A DNA stretch of 64,000 nt from Nitrospirota bacterium (lineage in GTDB: Bacteria > Nitrospirota > UBA9217), in contig CAWCKW010000012.1 in assembly GCA_963796285.1 (NCBI GenBank), forward strand, positions 64,001 through 128,000, in the 5' to 3' direction. The position numbers and the translations under genes were made by a program. A model generated the notes under the pieces. The model was given only the letters and a program-made list of their open reading frames with translations, was not told where the DNA came from and ran no database searches. Below are positions 28,575 to 39,122 of this stretch, piece by piece (within the stretch, counting starts at the first letter, position 1; each line of letters begins with the position of its first letter).

Positions 28575-29852
28575 ATGAAGGTATTCGTTGTCGGCGGCGG
28601 CGGCAGGGAACACGCGCTCGTCTGGAAGCTTTCGCAGAGCCCGAAGGTCACAAAGATCTATGCAGCGCCGGGCAACGCAGGCATCGCGGGGCTCGCTGAA
28701 TGCGCGCCGATCAAGGCCGAGGATGTTCCCGGCCTGCTGGCGTTCGCCAAAGCCAAAGCGATCGATCTTACCATCGTCGGTCCTGAAGGACCGCTTTCGA
28801 TGGGCATCGTGGACGAATTCACCAAAGCCGGACTTCGCATCTTCGGGCCGAGCGGAAAGGCCGCCGAGATCGAGGCGAGCAAACGCTTTTCCAAGGACCT
28901 GATGAAGAAGTATCACATTCCCACTGCGGAGTATGGTGTATTCACCGACAAGACCGCGGCAGCGGCGTACGTGCGCGAAAAGGGCGCGCCCATTGTGGTA
29001 AAGGCCGACGGACTGGCGGCAGGCAAGGGTGTTGTCGTTGCCGAGACCGTGGAAGAGGCGCTCAAGGCCCTCGACGTCATCATGACCGAGAAGGCCTACG
29101 GCACGGCCGGTGAACGGGTGGTCATCGAGGAGTGCCTCAGAGGTGAAGAGGCGTCGTTCATGGCCTTTTCCGACGGCAGGACCGTTGTGCCCATGGCGTC
29201 GTCGCAGGACCATAAGCGCGTGTTCGACGCCGACAAAGGGCCGAACACCGGCGGCATGGGCGCCTATTCGCCGGCGCCGGTCGTGACGAAGCAGCTCGAG
29301 CGCAAGGTCATGGACACGATCATGATCCCCACGGTGCGGGCCATGGAAAAAGAGGGCCGTCTGTTCAAGGGCGTCCTGTACGCCGGGCTCATGATCCGGA
29401 ACAATGAGGCCAGGGTGCTCGAGTTCAATGCGCGGTTCGGCGATCCCGAGACGCAGCCGGTCATGGCGCGGCTCGATACGGACCTGATCGAGATCATCGA
29501 GGCCATTCTCGATGGACGATTGTCGACGCTGGAGATCAAGTGGAAGCCGGAATCCGCCGTCTGTATCGTCATGGCATCGGGCGGGTATCCCGGGAATTAC
29601 GAGAAAGGCAAGAAGATTACCGGGCTCGACAAGGCTGCGGGACTGAAGGGCGTGATGGTATTTCATTCCGGGACGGCCCTGAAGAACGGCAACATCGTGA
29701 CTGACGGCGGCAGGGTGCTCGGTGTCACGGGCCTCGGCCCGTCCGTGGCCGCTGCCATCGACAGTGCTTATAAAGGCGCGCGGGAGATCAGCTTTGACGG
29801 CGCGCACTATCGCAGGGACATCGGTGCGCGGGCGCTCGAGACGGTGAATTAA
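28575..29852 (+). CDS. purD: phosphoribosylamine--glycine ligase
   Basis: GGGGREHAL, KADGLAAGKGV, GPNTGGMGAYSP, EFNARFGDPE. Confidence 0.97.
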   Translation: MKVFVVGGGGREHALVWKLSQSPKVTKIYAAPGNAGIAGLAECAPIKAEDVPGLLAFAKAKAIDLTIVGPEGPLSMGIVDEFTKAGLRIFGPSGKAAEIEASKRFSKDLMKKYHIPTAEYGVFTDKTAAAAYVREKGAPIVVKADGLAAGKGVVVAETVEEALKALDVIMTEKAYGTAGERVVIEECLRGEEASFMAFSDGRTVVPMASSQDHKRVFDADKGPNTGGMGAYSPAPVVTKQLERKVMDTIMIPTVRAMEKEGRLFKGVLYAGLMIRNNEARVLEFNARFGDPETQPVMARLDTDLIEIIEAILDGRLSTLEIKWKPESAVCIVMASGGYPGNYEKGKKITGLDKAAGLKGVMVFHSGTALKNGNIVTDGGRVLGVTGLGPSVAAAIDSAYKGAREISFDGAHYRRDIGARALETVN

Positions 29853-29858
29853 GATCCA

Positions 29859-30650
29859 ATGAGATCGCAGAACGCAAAGAGTGACCTGCACCATGCGACG
29901 ATCAGGAACATCGCGGGTTTTCTGAACAAGACGCTGCGGGTCAGGAACATAAAGGACTCGTCCCTGAACGGATTGCAGGTGAGATCCGGCAAGACTGGGG
30001 CGGTCCGAAAGGTCGGTTTTGCCGTCGATGCCTGCATTTCTACCTTTGAGAAGGCAAAAAAACTCGGTGTCGATCTCCTCGTGGTCCACCATGGAATCAA
30101 GTGGAGGCCGCAAAAGGACAGGGAACTGGAGACCAGGAGGGCAACGTACCTGAAGAGAAGCAATATCGCGCTGTATGCCGCGCATCTGCCGCTTGATCTC
30201 CATGAGGAATATGGGAACAATATGCAGTTGTGCCGCTTGCTGGACGTCCGGAAGCCGCGGAAATTCGGGAAATATCACGGCATCAAGATCGGCTATGCGG
30301 GGAACTTCGGAAAGGCGACCAGCCTGGACGCCGCGGCATCGGTCTTGAGCGAAGCATTGAATGTTGATTGCCGCGTATTTCAATTCGGCAACGATCGCAT
30401 CCGTTCGATCGGCATCATATCCGGCGGCGGCGGGAGCATGCTGAAAGATGCGGTCACCGAAAAGCTCGACTGTTTTCTCGTCGGAGAGATCGACCTTGCC
30501 GTATACAATGCGGCAAAGGAATACGGAATGAATGTTCTTGTCGCCGGCCACTATGCCACTGAAACCGTCGGCGTCAGGGCGTTGATGCCGCTTGTCAGCG
30601 ACGTATTCGGCGTTGAGACGGTCTTTATAGAAGATCCGAAGGACCTGTAA
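29859..30650 (+). CDS. Nif3-like dinuclear metal centre protein
   Basis: NGLQV, VHHG, HLPLD.H, AGHYATE. Confidence 0.92.
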   Translation: MRSQNAKSDLHHATIRNIAGFLNKTLRVRNIKDSSLNGLQVRSGKTGAVRKVGFAVDACISTFEKAKKLGVDLLVVHHGIKWRPQKDRELETRRATYLKRSNIALYAAHLPLDLHEEYGNNMQLCRLLDVRKPRKFGKYHGIKIGYAGNFGKATSLDAAASVLSEALNVDCRVFQFGNDRIRSIGIISGGGGSMLKDAVTEKLDCFLVGEIDLAVYNAAKEYGMNVLVAGHYATETVGVRALMPLVSDVFGVETVFIEDPKDL

Positions 30651-30806
30651 ATGCAAAGAAAGGCCGAATCATTGGTTTTAAATCAAGTATTAAGGTTCCT
30701 TTGCGTCCTTTGCGGCTTTGCGCGAGACGCCTTTTGACTGATGTTTTTAGTTCCGGTTTATCCGGATCAGGCTATATAACATAAAAATAAATTCGAAGGG
30801 AGTCAT

Positions 30807-31487
30807 ATGGCTAAACCAGTCGTGGGGATATTGATGGGGAGTGATTCCGATCTGCCGGTGATGCAGGAGGCGGCGGCCATGCTTCAGGAATTCGGCATCG
30901 ATTACGAGATGACGATAGCGTCGGCGCACCGCACGCCGAAGAAGGTGCTTGAATACAGCGAGAGCGCGGAAAAGCGCGGGCTCAAGGTGATCATTGCCGG
31001 AGCGGGTTGGGCGGCGCACCTTGCGGGTGTGGTTGCATCGCAGACCACGCTGCCGGTGATCGGCGTGCCGATCGATTCGTCCCCCCTCAAGGGACTCGAT
31101 GCGATCCTTGCCACGGTGCAGATGCCGGGAGGCGTGCCGGTAGCGACCATGTCGCTCGGCAAGGCAGGCGCCAAGAACGCCGGTGTGTTCGCGGCGCAGA
31201 TCATCGCCGTGAGCGACGTGAAAGTGGCGAACCGCCTCAAGGTCTTCAAGGTCGAGATGGAACGAGAGGTGGAGGAAAAGGCCAAGCGGCTCATCGCGAT
31301 CATCTCGATCTCCGCACCCATCAAGGCGTCAGCACCTGCCAAGGTTCCGGCATCCGCCAAGATGGCCCCCCATACCGTGGAAGCGGAGCCCCTTGTTGAG
31401 GGCGCCCCGGTCAAAAAGAAAGCAAGGCGCAGACGATGGAAGAAAAAACCAGGCGGGGCCCCCCCGGCGCAGGGACCGGCAGCGTGA
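30807..31487 (+). CDS. purE: N5-CAIR mutase with a basic C-terminal extension
   Basis: MGSDSDL, SAHRTP, AAHLAG, VQMPGGVPVAT. Confidence 0.95.
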   Translation: MAKPVVGILMGSDSDLPVMQEAAAMLQEFGIDYEMTIASAHRTPKKVLEYSESAEKRGLKVIIAGAGWAAHLAGVVASQTTLPVIGVPIDSSPLKGLDAILATVQMPGGVPVATMSLGKAGAKNAGVFAAQIIAVSDVKVANRLKVFKVEMEREVEEKAKRLIAIISISAPIKASAPAKVPASAKMAPHTVEAEPLVEGAPVKKKARRRRWKKKPGGAPPAQGPAA

Positions 31488-31575
31488 ACCCCGAACGAGA
31501 CGGCGCGCTGTTCCATGAAAAAAATCTCATTCTTCGACGCGTGACGAGGTGGGCCGATCCGCGTCTCTTTTCGGT

Positions 31576-32432
31576 TTGAAGACCGAGCTCGAGTGTCTGC
31601 CCTGCTTCTTCGGGCAGATAACCCGCACGCTGGGCTATGCAGGGGTGAACGGCGACCGAGGCCGCGGCATCCGTCGCATGGCGGAAACGGTGATCGAAAA
31701 CGCTTCCCTTGAGGAGGTTCCGGCCAGGACGACAACGCTCATTCACCGGATCCTGCGCAGCCAGACCGGCGTTGATCCTTATCAACAGGTCAAGGAAATG
31801 TATAACCGGATCGCACTCGACCGGCTTCCCGCGCTCAGGCGCATGGCTGCAGGAGCAGCCGATCGTCTTGAAGGCGGCGTGCGGATCGCGATCGCCGGCA
31901 ACGTGATCGATTTCGGCATCTACGACAGCGTTGACCTGGACCGCTCGCTTGAAGAGTCATTTCGCCTGCCCGTTGTCCGAAGCCGATTTTCGCGATTTTT
32001 CCCAGGCAGTCCGACTCTGCCCGCCGCATCCTCTACCTTTGCGATAATGCCGGAGAGATCGTATTCGACCGGGTCCTGATCGAGGTCCTGCGGGACATGG
32101 GCAAGGACGTGACGGCCGTGGTCAAAGGCTCTCCCGTGATCAACGATGCCACGCTCGACGACGCGCATGCCGCCGGCCTCCGCGAATGCGCCACGGTGAT
32201 CGACAACGGAAATGACGGCATCGGTACGCTGCTGGAGGCGTGTTCAGCGCAATTCACGGATGCGTACCGATCGGCTGATCTGATCATCAGTAAGGGGCAG
32301 GCCAATTACGAAACACTCGTACAGGAAATGGATGGGCGTATCTTTTTTCTCTTTAAAGTCAAGTGCCCGGTCGTGGCCTCATACCTGAAAAGGGAGAACG
32401 GGGACATTGTGGTGACGGGCGGGGGGAATTAG
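31576..32432 (+). CDS. DUF89/ARMT1-like damage-control phosphatase; apparent frameshifts near 31970-32015
   Basis: ECLPC, AIAGNVIDFG, then in a shifted frame ILYLCDNAGEI, PVINDAT, ISKGQANYE. Confidence 0.85.
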
Positions 32433-32516
32433 TGCGGAGCGCGGAATGTGGAGTTCGGAGTGGTCGTCTTAAGAAATCCGTATTCCGCGCTCTGCAATCC
32501 ACAGTGAGCATGCCGT

Positions 32517-33140
32517 ATGCGGACACCGATAGTTGAGATCGACCCCGCCCATCGCGAAAAAGCGTTTTCCTTGTGCAGGGACGTGATCCGCGCAGGCGGA
32601 GTTATTGCGTATCCGACCGATACGGTTTACGGCCTCGGCGCGGACCCGAAGAACGCCGGTGCGGTCAGAAAACTGTTCAGCATCAAAGGCAGGCAGGCTG
32701 ACCAGCCTATTCTGCTGCTGATCAAGGATGCAAGCGAAGTGAGGGACTGGGCATCGGAGGTCAATCCCGCGGCCGAGAGGCTCATGAAAAAATTCTGGCC
32801 AGGACCGCTCACGCTGGTGTTCAAGGCAAAGCCGAACGTGATGGCGGAGCTGACCGGCGGCACCGGGACGATCGGGCTCAGGGTTCCCGGAAATGCGCTG
32901 ACGCGGCAGTTGCTTGCAGCTCTCGGCACCGCGCTTACCGGTACGAGCGCGAATATCTCAGGCAGGCCGAGTCTCTGCACGGCGCGGGAAGCTTCTGAAG
33001 TGATCGGTGGGATGGTTGATCTGGTACTCGACGGAGGAAGGGCTGAAGGCGGCAACCCTTCGACGGTCGTGGATGTGAGTACTGAGAGACCGAAGGTGAT
33101 AAGGGAGGGGGCGATCCCTTCACCGGAGATTTTGGGTTAG
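32517..33140 (+). CDS. tsaC: L-threonylcarbamoyladenylate synthase (Sua5/YrdC family)
   Basis: YPTDTVYGL, KGR, FWPGPLT, TSANISG, PSTVVD. Confidence 0.93.
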   Translation: MRTPIVEIDPAHREKAFSLCRDVIRAGGVIAYPTDTVYGLGADPKNAGAVRKLFSIKGRQADQPILLLIKDASEVRDWASEVNPAAERLMKKFWPGPLTLVFKAKPNVMAELTGGTGTIGLRVPGNALTRQLLAALGTALTGTSANISGRPSLCTAREASEVIGGMVDLVLDGGRAEGGNPSTVVDVSTERPKVIREGAIPSPEILG

Positions 33141-33352
33141 TTGCAAATAACATTCTCACGATTGGGGAAAAATATTTCGCAGAGAAAAACGTAAAAAAAT
33201 ATGCCGGGTTAAAACCAGGATTTAAGAATTTAAATTAAACTCTGTGTTCTCCTTTTCTCCCTGCGCTATGGCGACAGCAGGGTACGAGAGATGCCCTTTT
33301 GGTTCAGGCTTGTTCGTGTTAGGGCGTCAAATACTCATTAAAGGATCATTGA

Positions 33353-34669
33353 ATGAAAAAAATATTTGTACTGGATACCAACGTGCTGCTCCACGATCCG
33401 CGGGCGATCTTTTCGTTCGAGGAAAATGATGTAGTGATCCCGATCGTCGTGATCGAGGAACTCGACAAGTTCAAGAAAGGCGTCGATGAGATCGGCAGGA
33501 ACGCCCGTCAGGTCTCGCGGATCCTCGATGAGCATCGGCTCAAGGGAAAGCTTTCCCTGGGCGTGAAGCTTGAGGGCGGCGGCAACCTGCGGGTGGAGCT
33601 CAATCACCAGTCTCCGGACAGCCTGCCAAGCGAGCTGATCGCGACCAAGGCGGACAACCGGATCCTTGCCACGGCGCTGAACCTGAATAATGACGGCCTG
33701 CCGGTGATCCTCGTGACCAAAGACACGAATCTCCGTATCAAGGCCGATGCGCTCGGCATGACCGCCGAAGACTATGAGTCGGACACGATCACGCTCGATG
33801 AGTTGTACTCCGGAGAGGCCGAACTGCTGGTCGCACCGGGGGCGATAGACGATTTCTATGCCAGGGGAGAACTGCTGCCTGCGGACCCGAAGCCGTTCCC
33901 GAACCAGTACGCGCTTCTCAAGAACAGCGCGAACGAGTCGCAGACGGCGCTGGCCCGGTACAGCAAGCAGAAGGGCGTCTTCGTGCCGATCACGACCGCG
34001 AAGCACGGCGTTTGGGGGATCATGGCAAAGAACAAACAGCAGCAGTTCGCGCTCGATCTGCTCTTGAACGATGATATCCGGCTCGTCACGCTCGTGGGGA
34101 AGGCCGGAACGGGCAAGACGCTCCTGGCGCTGGCCGCGGGACTGGAGAAGACGATTGAGGCGCGGACGTTCCAGCGGCTCGTCGTGTCCCGCCCCGTGTT
34201 TCCCATGGGCAAGGACATCGGGTTCCTGCCCGGCGACGTCGAGGAGAAGCTCAGACCCTGGATGCAGCCGATCCGCGATAACCTCGACTTCCTCGTGGGC
34301 TCCTCGGGAGGGCCCGGCCGGGTCAAGGGAAAGAAGGACCTCCAAAGCCTTTTCGATCTCGGGATGATCGAAGTGGAGCCGCTTACCTACATCCGCGGCC
34401 GCAGCATGCCGAACCAGTACCTGATCGTGGACGAGGCCCAGAACCTCACGCCCCACGAGATCAAGACCATTATTACCCGTGCTGGCGAAGGGACCAAGGT
34501 CGTACTGACCGGCGATCCGTACCAGATCGACAACCCCTACATCGACTCATCGAGCAACGGCCTTACGTTCGTGGTTGATCGGTTCAAGGAAGAGCCCATT
34601 GCCGGACACATTACGCTGGTGAAGGGCGAACGCTCCGATCTCGCGGAGCTTGCGGCAACGCTGCTGTAA
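33353..34669 (+). CDS. PIN-PhoH family protein
   Basis: VLDTNVLLHD PIN domain, GKAGTGKT, YIRGRS, DEAQN, GDPYQID. Confidence 0.93.
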   Translation: MKKIFVLDTNVLLHDPRAIFSFEENDVVIPIVVIEELDKFKKGVDEIGRNARQVSRILDEHRLKGKLSLGVKLEGGGNLRVELNHQSPDSLPSELIATKADNRILATALNLNNDGLPVILVTKDTNLRIKADALGMTAEDYESDTITLDELYSGEAELLVAPGAIDDFYARGELLPADPKPFPNQYALLKNSANESQTALARYSKQKGVFVPITTAKHGVWGIMAKNKQQQFALDLLLNDDIRLVTLVGKAGTGKTLLALAAGLEKTIEARTFQRLVVSRPVFPMGKDIGFLPGDVEEKLRPWMQPIRDNLDFLVGSSGGPGRVKGKKDLQSLFDLGMIEVEPLTYIRGRSMPNQYLIVDEAQNLTPHEIKTIITRAGEGTKVVLTGDPYQIDNPYIDSSSNGLTFVVDRFKEEPIAGHITLVKGERSDLAELAATLL

Positions 34670-34710
34670 CGGTGCAAAAAAGGAACTATTCAGGACCCTA
34701 AAAACAGATG

Positions 34711-34817
34711 CTCACATGAAGACACGAAGCACACAGAGAAAAGCAAAGGACAAATACACCTTTTATTTAAACCGGGGATGGTAAGCCTTTCTTTGTGCCT
34801 TTGTGTCTTTGTGTGAG
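34711..34817. repeat. inverted repeat element with 9-nt periodic arms
   Basis: CTCACATGAAGACACGAAGCACACAGAG ... CTTTGTGCCTTTGTGTCTTTGTGTGAG. Confidence 0.7.
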
Positions 34818-34870
34818 TAAGCCTGAGCAGTTGCAAAAAACATTCAATTCTAAAAACAGGAGGATACTCA

Positions 34871-35329
34871 ATGGCCAAACAGACATGTCCAACACCGGGA
34901 TTCGAGAAATTGCTGGTTGCCACTGACGGGTCGGAGTTCAGCAAGGCCGCGGTTCACGAGGCGATCATGATAGCCAGTGCCTGTTCGAGCACCTTGTACG
35001 TTCTGCTGGTGATCGAGATAAACGCCGAGGTCGAACTCTGGGATGCGCAGTCCGCGGACAAACTCGAAAAGGACATGAGAAAATACCTTGATGGGATAAA
35101 AGCGAAGGCCGCCAAGGAGGGCGTCGCCTGCGAGGTCCTTCTGCACCTGGGTGACGAGCCGTACAGAGATATCGTCGATGAGGCGAAAAAAAAGAAGGTC
35201 AGTACGATCATCATGGGCAGCCACGGCCGCACCGGGCTCACCCGACTCATGATGGGCAGTGTTGTTTCGAGGGTCATCGGCCACGCACCCTGCAAGGTGC
35301 TGGTGGTGCCTGTAAAGGCGAAAAAATAG
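34871..35329 (+). CDS. universal stress protein
   Basis: LLVATDGSE, IIMGSHGRTGL..MGSV..VIGHAPCKVLVV. Confidence 0.93.
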   Translation: MAKQTCPTPGFEKLLVATDGSEFSKAAVHEAIMIASACSSTLYVLLVIEINAEVELWDAQSADKLEKDMRKYLDGIKAKAAKEGVACEVLLHLGDEPYRDIVDEAKKKKVSTIIMGSHGRTGLTRLMMGSVVSRVIGHAPCKVLVVPVKAKK

Positions 35330-35444
35330 ACCATCGGACGCTGTCCCTTCTTCTCCCGGACAACGGAGGGGGTTGAAGTCGTGCCGTAAAAAAATGTCCA
35401 TTGCGTCGTATTTATTTTCCATCCCGGGGGGTTGAACAAGCGAA

Positions 35445-36200
35445 ATGCAGGCGTCGAAACAAGCATATCATAAAATATTTTTTGCAATGAGCTCGCTGGC
35501 GACGATCTTCGTCCTGACGGAGATCATCATGCAATTTTTCGGCAAGAGCATTTGCCAGACCGAGGGATGCAAGGCCGTGGCGCAGCACGTGAGATACGGA
35601 GATCTCTCGATCCTGTTCATCGGCATCGTGACCTTTTCCCTTCTGGCGCTGTTATCGTTTCTGAACCGTTCTGTGAATAAAAAAGGCCTCGATCAGCTCA
35701 TCAACCTGATCCTGATCGTTTCTTTGTCATGCGAAGGATTCTTTACCGGATATCAGGCCTTCGGCATTCACATCCCCTGCGTCCTCTGCTTGATCATCCT
35801 GGCGATCATGGTCATGCTCGGCATTCTCAGACTCCTCGCTGGAGAAACAGCGCTGATAGCAGGATTCGTGTCCCTGGCAGCGGTCTTCAGCATGTTCTAC
35901 CTGGTGCTGCCGGCCACGACGACGGTGGTCTTGCCTGGAAATGACCGGCTTGTCCTGTTCTACAGCAAAGAGTGCAAGCATTGCGCTGAGATCATGAAGG
36001 AATTCGAAGCGAACAAAATGCCGGTGAAGCATGTGGAAGTGAACGGGTATGCCGCGTACCTCAAGGGTATGGGTATTGAGTATGTACCCACGCTCTTCGT
36101 GAACAGCCAATATCAAAAAATATTTATTACCGGTACGGATGCGATCAGGCGCTATCTGTTCACCTGTTCGGCAGCTTCAAAGGCCGCGGAGAAGAGGTAA
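35445..36200 (+). CDS. VKOR-like membrane domain plus glutaredoxin-like CxxC domain; true C-terminus may extend to 36358
   Basis: CQTEGC loop, CVLC in a TM region, FYSKECKHC...VPTL. Confidence 0.7.
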   Translation: MQASKQAYHKIFFAMSSLATIFVLTEIIMQFFGKSICQTEGCKAVAQHVRYGDLSILFIGIVTFSLLALLSFLNRSVNKKGLDQLINLILIVSLSCEGFFTGYQAFGIHIPCVLCLIILAIMVMLGILRLLAGETALIAGFVSLAAVFSMFYLVLPATTTVVLPGNDRLVLFYSKECKHCAEIMKEFEANKMPVKHVEVNGYAAYLKGMGIEYVPTLFVNSQYQKIFITGTDAIRRYLFTCSAASKAAEKR

Positions 36201-36354
36201 CCAGAAGGTGAGGTCCGGAACTGACGAAGAAACCCCGGCAGACGGATGACGCGGGCATGGCGCCGGACATCTTCAGTCCGCAGGGGATCCTCACCCAGCC
36301 CGTCGCGACGGCGCCTGCTGAGGGGATGTGCAAGGAAGACGAGGTCTGCAAGGA

Positions 36355-36582
36355 ATGAGCAGAAGGTGAACGCGCATTATTGAAAAGCGCTTGTGCGCGG
36401 ATTGCTCACTCGCGCTTCGCAGGTCCATTGGGAACAGGGATGGCAGAGCGTTCATCGATAGGGACAGCGGCGGGATCACGATCGATTTCGATGGATCGAA
36501 AACGACCGCCAACAGGGTGTACGCAGATTCAACGGACAGCGTTGAAATGCTTGGCCATCAACTGATCGATGCGATCCAATAG
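36355..36582 (+). pseudogene. small heavy-metal-associated-like CxxC protein with an early in-frame stop
   Basis: ATG 36355 is in frame with LCADCSLALRR...ITIDFD...SVEMLGH; TGA at 36367-36369. Confidence 0.5.
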
Positions 36583-36689
36583 CGGCTCGAATAACCTCTC
36601 AGCGGCCTCATCCGCCGGTCTCCCCGGAAGCCGACCCCGGCAATTTAATAGTGGAAAAAATCCTTTTTAGTATGGTACTATAGCCTGCT

Positions 36690-37556
36690 ATGGCAAAAAT
36701 CCTTGAGAAAAGACTTATCCGAACGCCGGATGTTTATTATTATAAAATTGCCGCTCCGCTGATCTCCAGAAAAGCGCTGCCGGGACAGTTCGTCATCATC
36801 CGTCTTCATGATAAGGGAGAGCGGATACCCCTGTCCCTTGCCGATATCAACCCCGCTGAAGGGACCATCAGCCTGATCGTGATGGCCGTCGGCAAGACCA
36901 CGACCGAGTTGTCGGGGTGTCAGGCAGGTGACGAGATCCTCGACCTTTGCGGCCCCCTCGGTATGCCGACCCATATCGAGAATGTCGGGAACGTTGTCCT
37001 GGTGGGCGGAGGGTTCGGCGTAGCGCCGCTTTACCCCATCGCGCGGGCCTTTAAGGCCGCGGGGAATGCGGTGACGGTCATCATGGGGGCGCGGAGCAAG
37101 GACCTGCTGATCTATGAGCAGGAGATGCAGCAGGTCTGCGACAAGGTGATGGTCACCACCGATGACGGCAGCAAAGGAATGAAAGGTGTCGTGACCACGG
37201 CGTTGCAGCAAGAATTGGAAACGAGCGGCGCCGGCCTGGTCATGACCGTGGGACCGGCCATTATGATGAAATTTGTGTGCGAGGCCACGAAGCCGTTCAA
37301 TATCAAGACGACCGTAAGCCTGAACCCCATCATGATCGACGGTACGGGGATGTGCGGAGGCTGCCGCGTGTCCGTGGGCGGTGAGACGAAGTTCGCCTGT
37401 ACCGACGGCCCCGAGTTCGACGGCCACCTGGTGGACTGGGATGTGCTTATGAACCGCCAGAAGGCTTATAAGAGCGAAGAGCAGGAGTCCTTCGAAGCAT
37501 GGAAACTGCGCCATGCCCGGATGCTGGGCAGAGAGAGGCAACCTGTCTGTGAGTAA
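36690..37556 (+). CDS. nfnA: NfnA/SudB-like FAD/NAD-binding [2Fe-2S] subunit
   Basis: PGQFVIIR, GERIPL, GPLG, GGGFG, DGTGMCGGCRV...ACTDGPEFD. Confidence 0.88.
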   Translation: MAKILEKRLIRTPDVYYYKIAAPLISRKALPGQFVIIRLHDKGERIPLSLADINPAEGTISLIVMAVGKTTTELSGCQAGDEILDLCGPLGMPTHIENVGNVVLVGGGFGVAPLYPIARAFKAAGNAVTVIMGARSKDLLIYEQEMQQVCDKVMVTTDDGSKGMKGVVTTALQQELETSGAGLVMTVGPAIMMKFVCEATKPFNIKTTVSLNPIMIDGTGMCGGCRVSVGGETKFACTDGPEFDGHLVDWDVLMNRQKAYKSEEQESFEAWKLRHARMLGRERQPVCE

Positions 37557-38994
37557 TCAAGACCACCGCAACATGATCAGCGCGGGAGGGAAAAAGAAGG
37601 GACCCGCAAAGATCCTGCCGCATAAGACACCTATTCCTGAACAAGACCCCCGGCAACGACGCACGAACTTTGACGAGGTTTCGCTCGGCTATACGCCGGA
37701 GCTGGCGCTCACGGAAGCCGGACGATGCATGAACTGCAAAGACCCGAAATGCGTCACCGGTTGCCCGGTAAGCGTGCCCATCCCCCGATTCATCCAGGCG
37801 ATCAAGGCGGGCGAGTTCGACCAGGCGCTCGAGATCATCCGGAGCGCAAACCTCCTGCCCGCAGTCTGCGGCCGCGTTTGTCCCCAGGAGAGCCAGTGCG
37901 AGCAGCGCTGCACCCTTGGCAGGAAATTCGAACCCGTGGCCATCGGCCGCCTGGAGCGGTTTGCCGCTGACCGGGCGGCGGAGCAGGGACCGGGTGAAGT
38001 TCCTGTGGCAGCGGCATTGACGGGAAAGAAGGTCGCGATCGTCGGCAGCGGACCCGCGGGACTTGCCTGCGCCTTCGATCTCGCCAAGCTCGGCCATCGG
38101 GTTACCATCCACGAAGCCCTGCATGAAGCGGGCGGGGTCCTGGTCTACGGGATCCCCGAGTTCCGCCTCCCGAAGCAGATCGTGGCGCGTGAGATAGCTG
38201 TCCTGAAAAGAATGGGTGTCGAGATCATCACGAACGCCGTGGTGGGCAAACTCATCAGCGTGGACGAACTTATGGAGGATTTTGATGCCTGCTTCATCGG
38301 CACGGGCGCGGGGCTGCCGAAGTTCATGGGCATCGAAGGGGAGCACCTCGCAGGGGTATATTCGGCCAACGAATTTCTGACACGGATCAACCTGATGCGG
38401 GCGTATTCGACGCCGGAATACGATACTCCGATCAGGAGAGGAGAGCGGGTTGCCGTCGTGGGTGGCGGGAATGTGGCCATCGATGCCGCGAGAACAGCGC
38501 TTCGCCTGGGGGCGCGGGAAACGGTCGTCATTTACCGCCGCTCGGAAGCCGAGATGCCGGCGCGGCGGGAAGAAATCCACCACGCGCGGGAAGAGGGTCT
38601 CATTCTCGAACTCCTGACGAGTCCGGAAAGGATCATCGGCGAGAACGGCCATGCCGTCGCGGTCGCATGCGTGCGCATGGAGCAGGGAGAACCCGATGCA
38701 TCGGGACGCCGACGTTCGCACCCAAAGAAGGGATCGGAGTTTCTGGTCCATGCCGATACGGTGATCATGGCCGTAGGCACGAACACCAATCCGCTCGTAT
38801 CGCGGAGCACCAGGGACCTGGCCGTCAACCAAGGCGGGTACATCATCGCCGACGAAAAAACAGGCCATACCAGCCGGGCGGGGGTGTACGCGGGCGGCGA
38901 CATCGTGACCGGCTCCGCCACCGTCATTTCGGCGCTCGGCGCCGGCAGAAAAGCTGCTCAGGCGATACATGCATATTTATTAAAGGCTTCATGA
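37549..38994 (+). CDS. nfnB: NfnB/SudA-like (GltD-like) NADPH oxidoreductase subunit
   Basis: RCMNC...CVTGCP, VCGRVCPQESQCE, GSGPAGL, YGIPEFRLP, GGGNVAID, AGGD; overlaps nfnA. Confidence 0.88.
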   Translation: MSNQDHRNMISAGGKKKGPAKILPHKTPIPEQDPRQRRTNFDEVSLGYTPELALTEAGRCMNCKDPKCVTGCPVSVPIPRFIQAIKAGEFDQALEIIRSANLLPAVCGRVCPQESQCEQRCTLGRKFEPVAIGRLERFAADRAAEQGPGEVPVAAALTGKKVAIVGSGPAGLACAFDLAKLGHRVTIHEALHEAGGVLVYGIPEFRLPKQIVAREIAVLKRMGVEIITNAVVGKLISVDELMEDFDACFIGTGAGLPKFMGIEGEHLAGVYSANEFLTRINLMRAYSTPEYDTPIRRGERVAVVGGGNVAIDAARTALRLGARETVVIYRRSEAEMPARREEIHHAREEGLILELLTSPERIIGENGHAVAVACVRMEQGEPDASGRRRSHPKKGSEFLVHADTVIMAVGTNTNPLVSRSTRDLAVNQGGYIIADEKTGHTSRAGVYAGGDIVTGSATVISALGAGRKAAQAIHAYLLKAS

Positions 38995-39122
38995 TGGTAA
39001 CGACGTGTTTATGGAATCCTTTTTCATAAGGACCCATACTATCGTGAAGAACGGCAAACATCTTGACACGTTGGTGGCCAATATGTTAACGTGTCGCCAC
39101 TGTTTTCACGCGGGAGGTTGTA

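Noticed and set aside
28557-30656. 699-aa minus-strand ORF and similar long antisense ORFs (e.g. 9195-10283, 37447-38970, 49640-50923)
   Set aside because: These are shadows of well-supported genes on the opposite strand in GC-rich DNA and carry no motifs.
36367-36369. TGA at codon 5 of the small CxxC ORF as selenocysteine
   Set aside because: Not at a plausible Cys position and no convincing hairpin at the expected distance; the region looks degraded.
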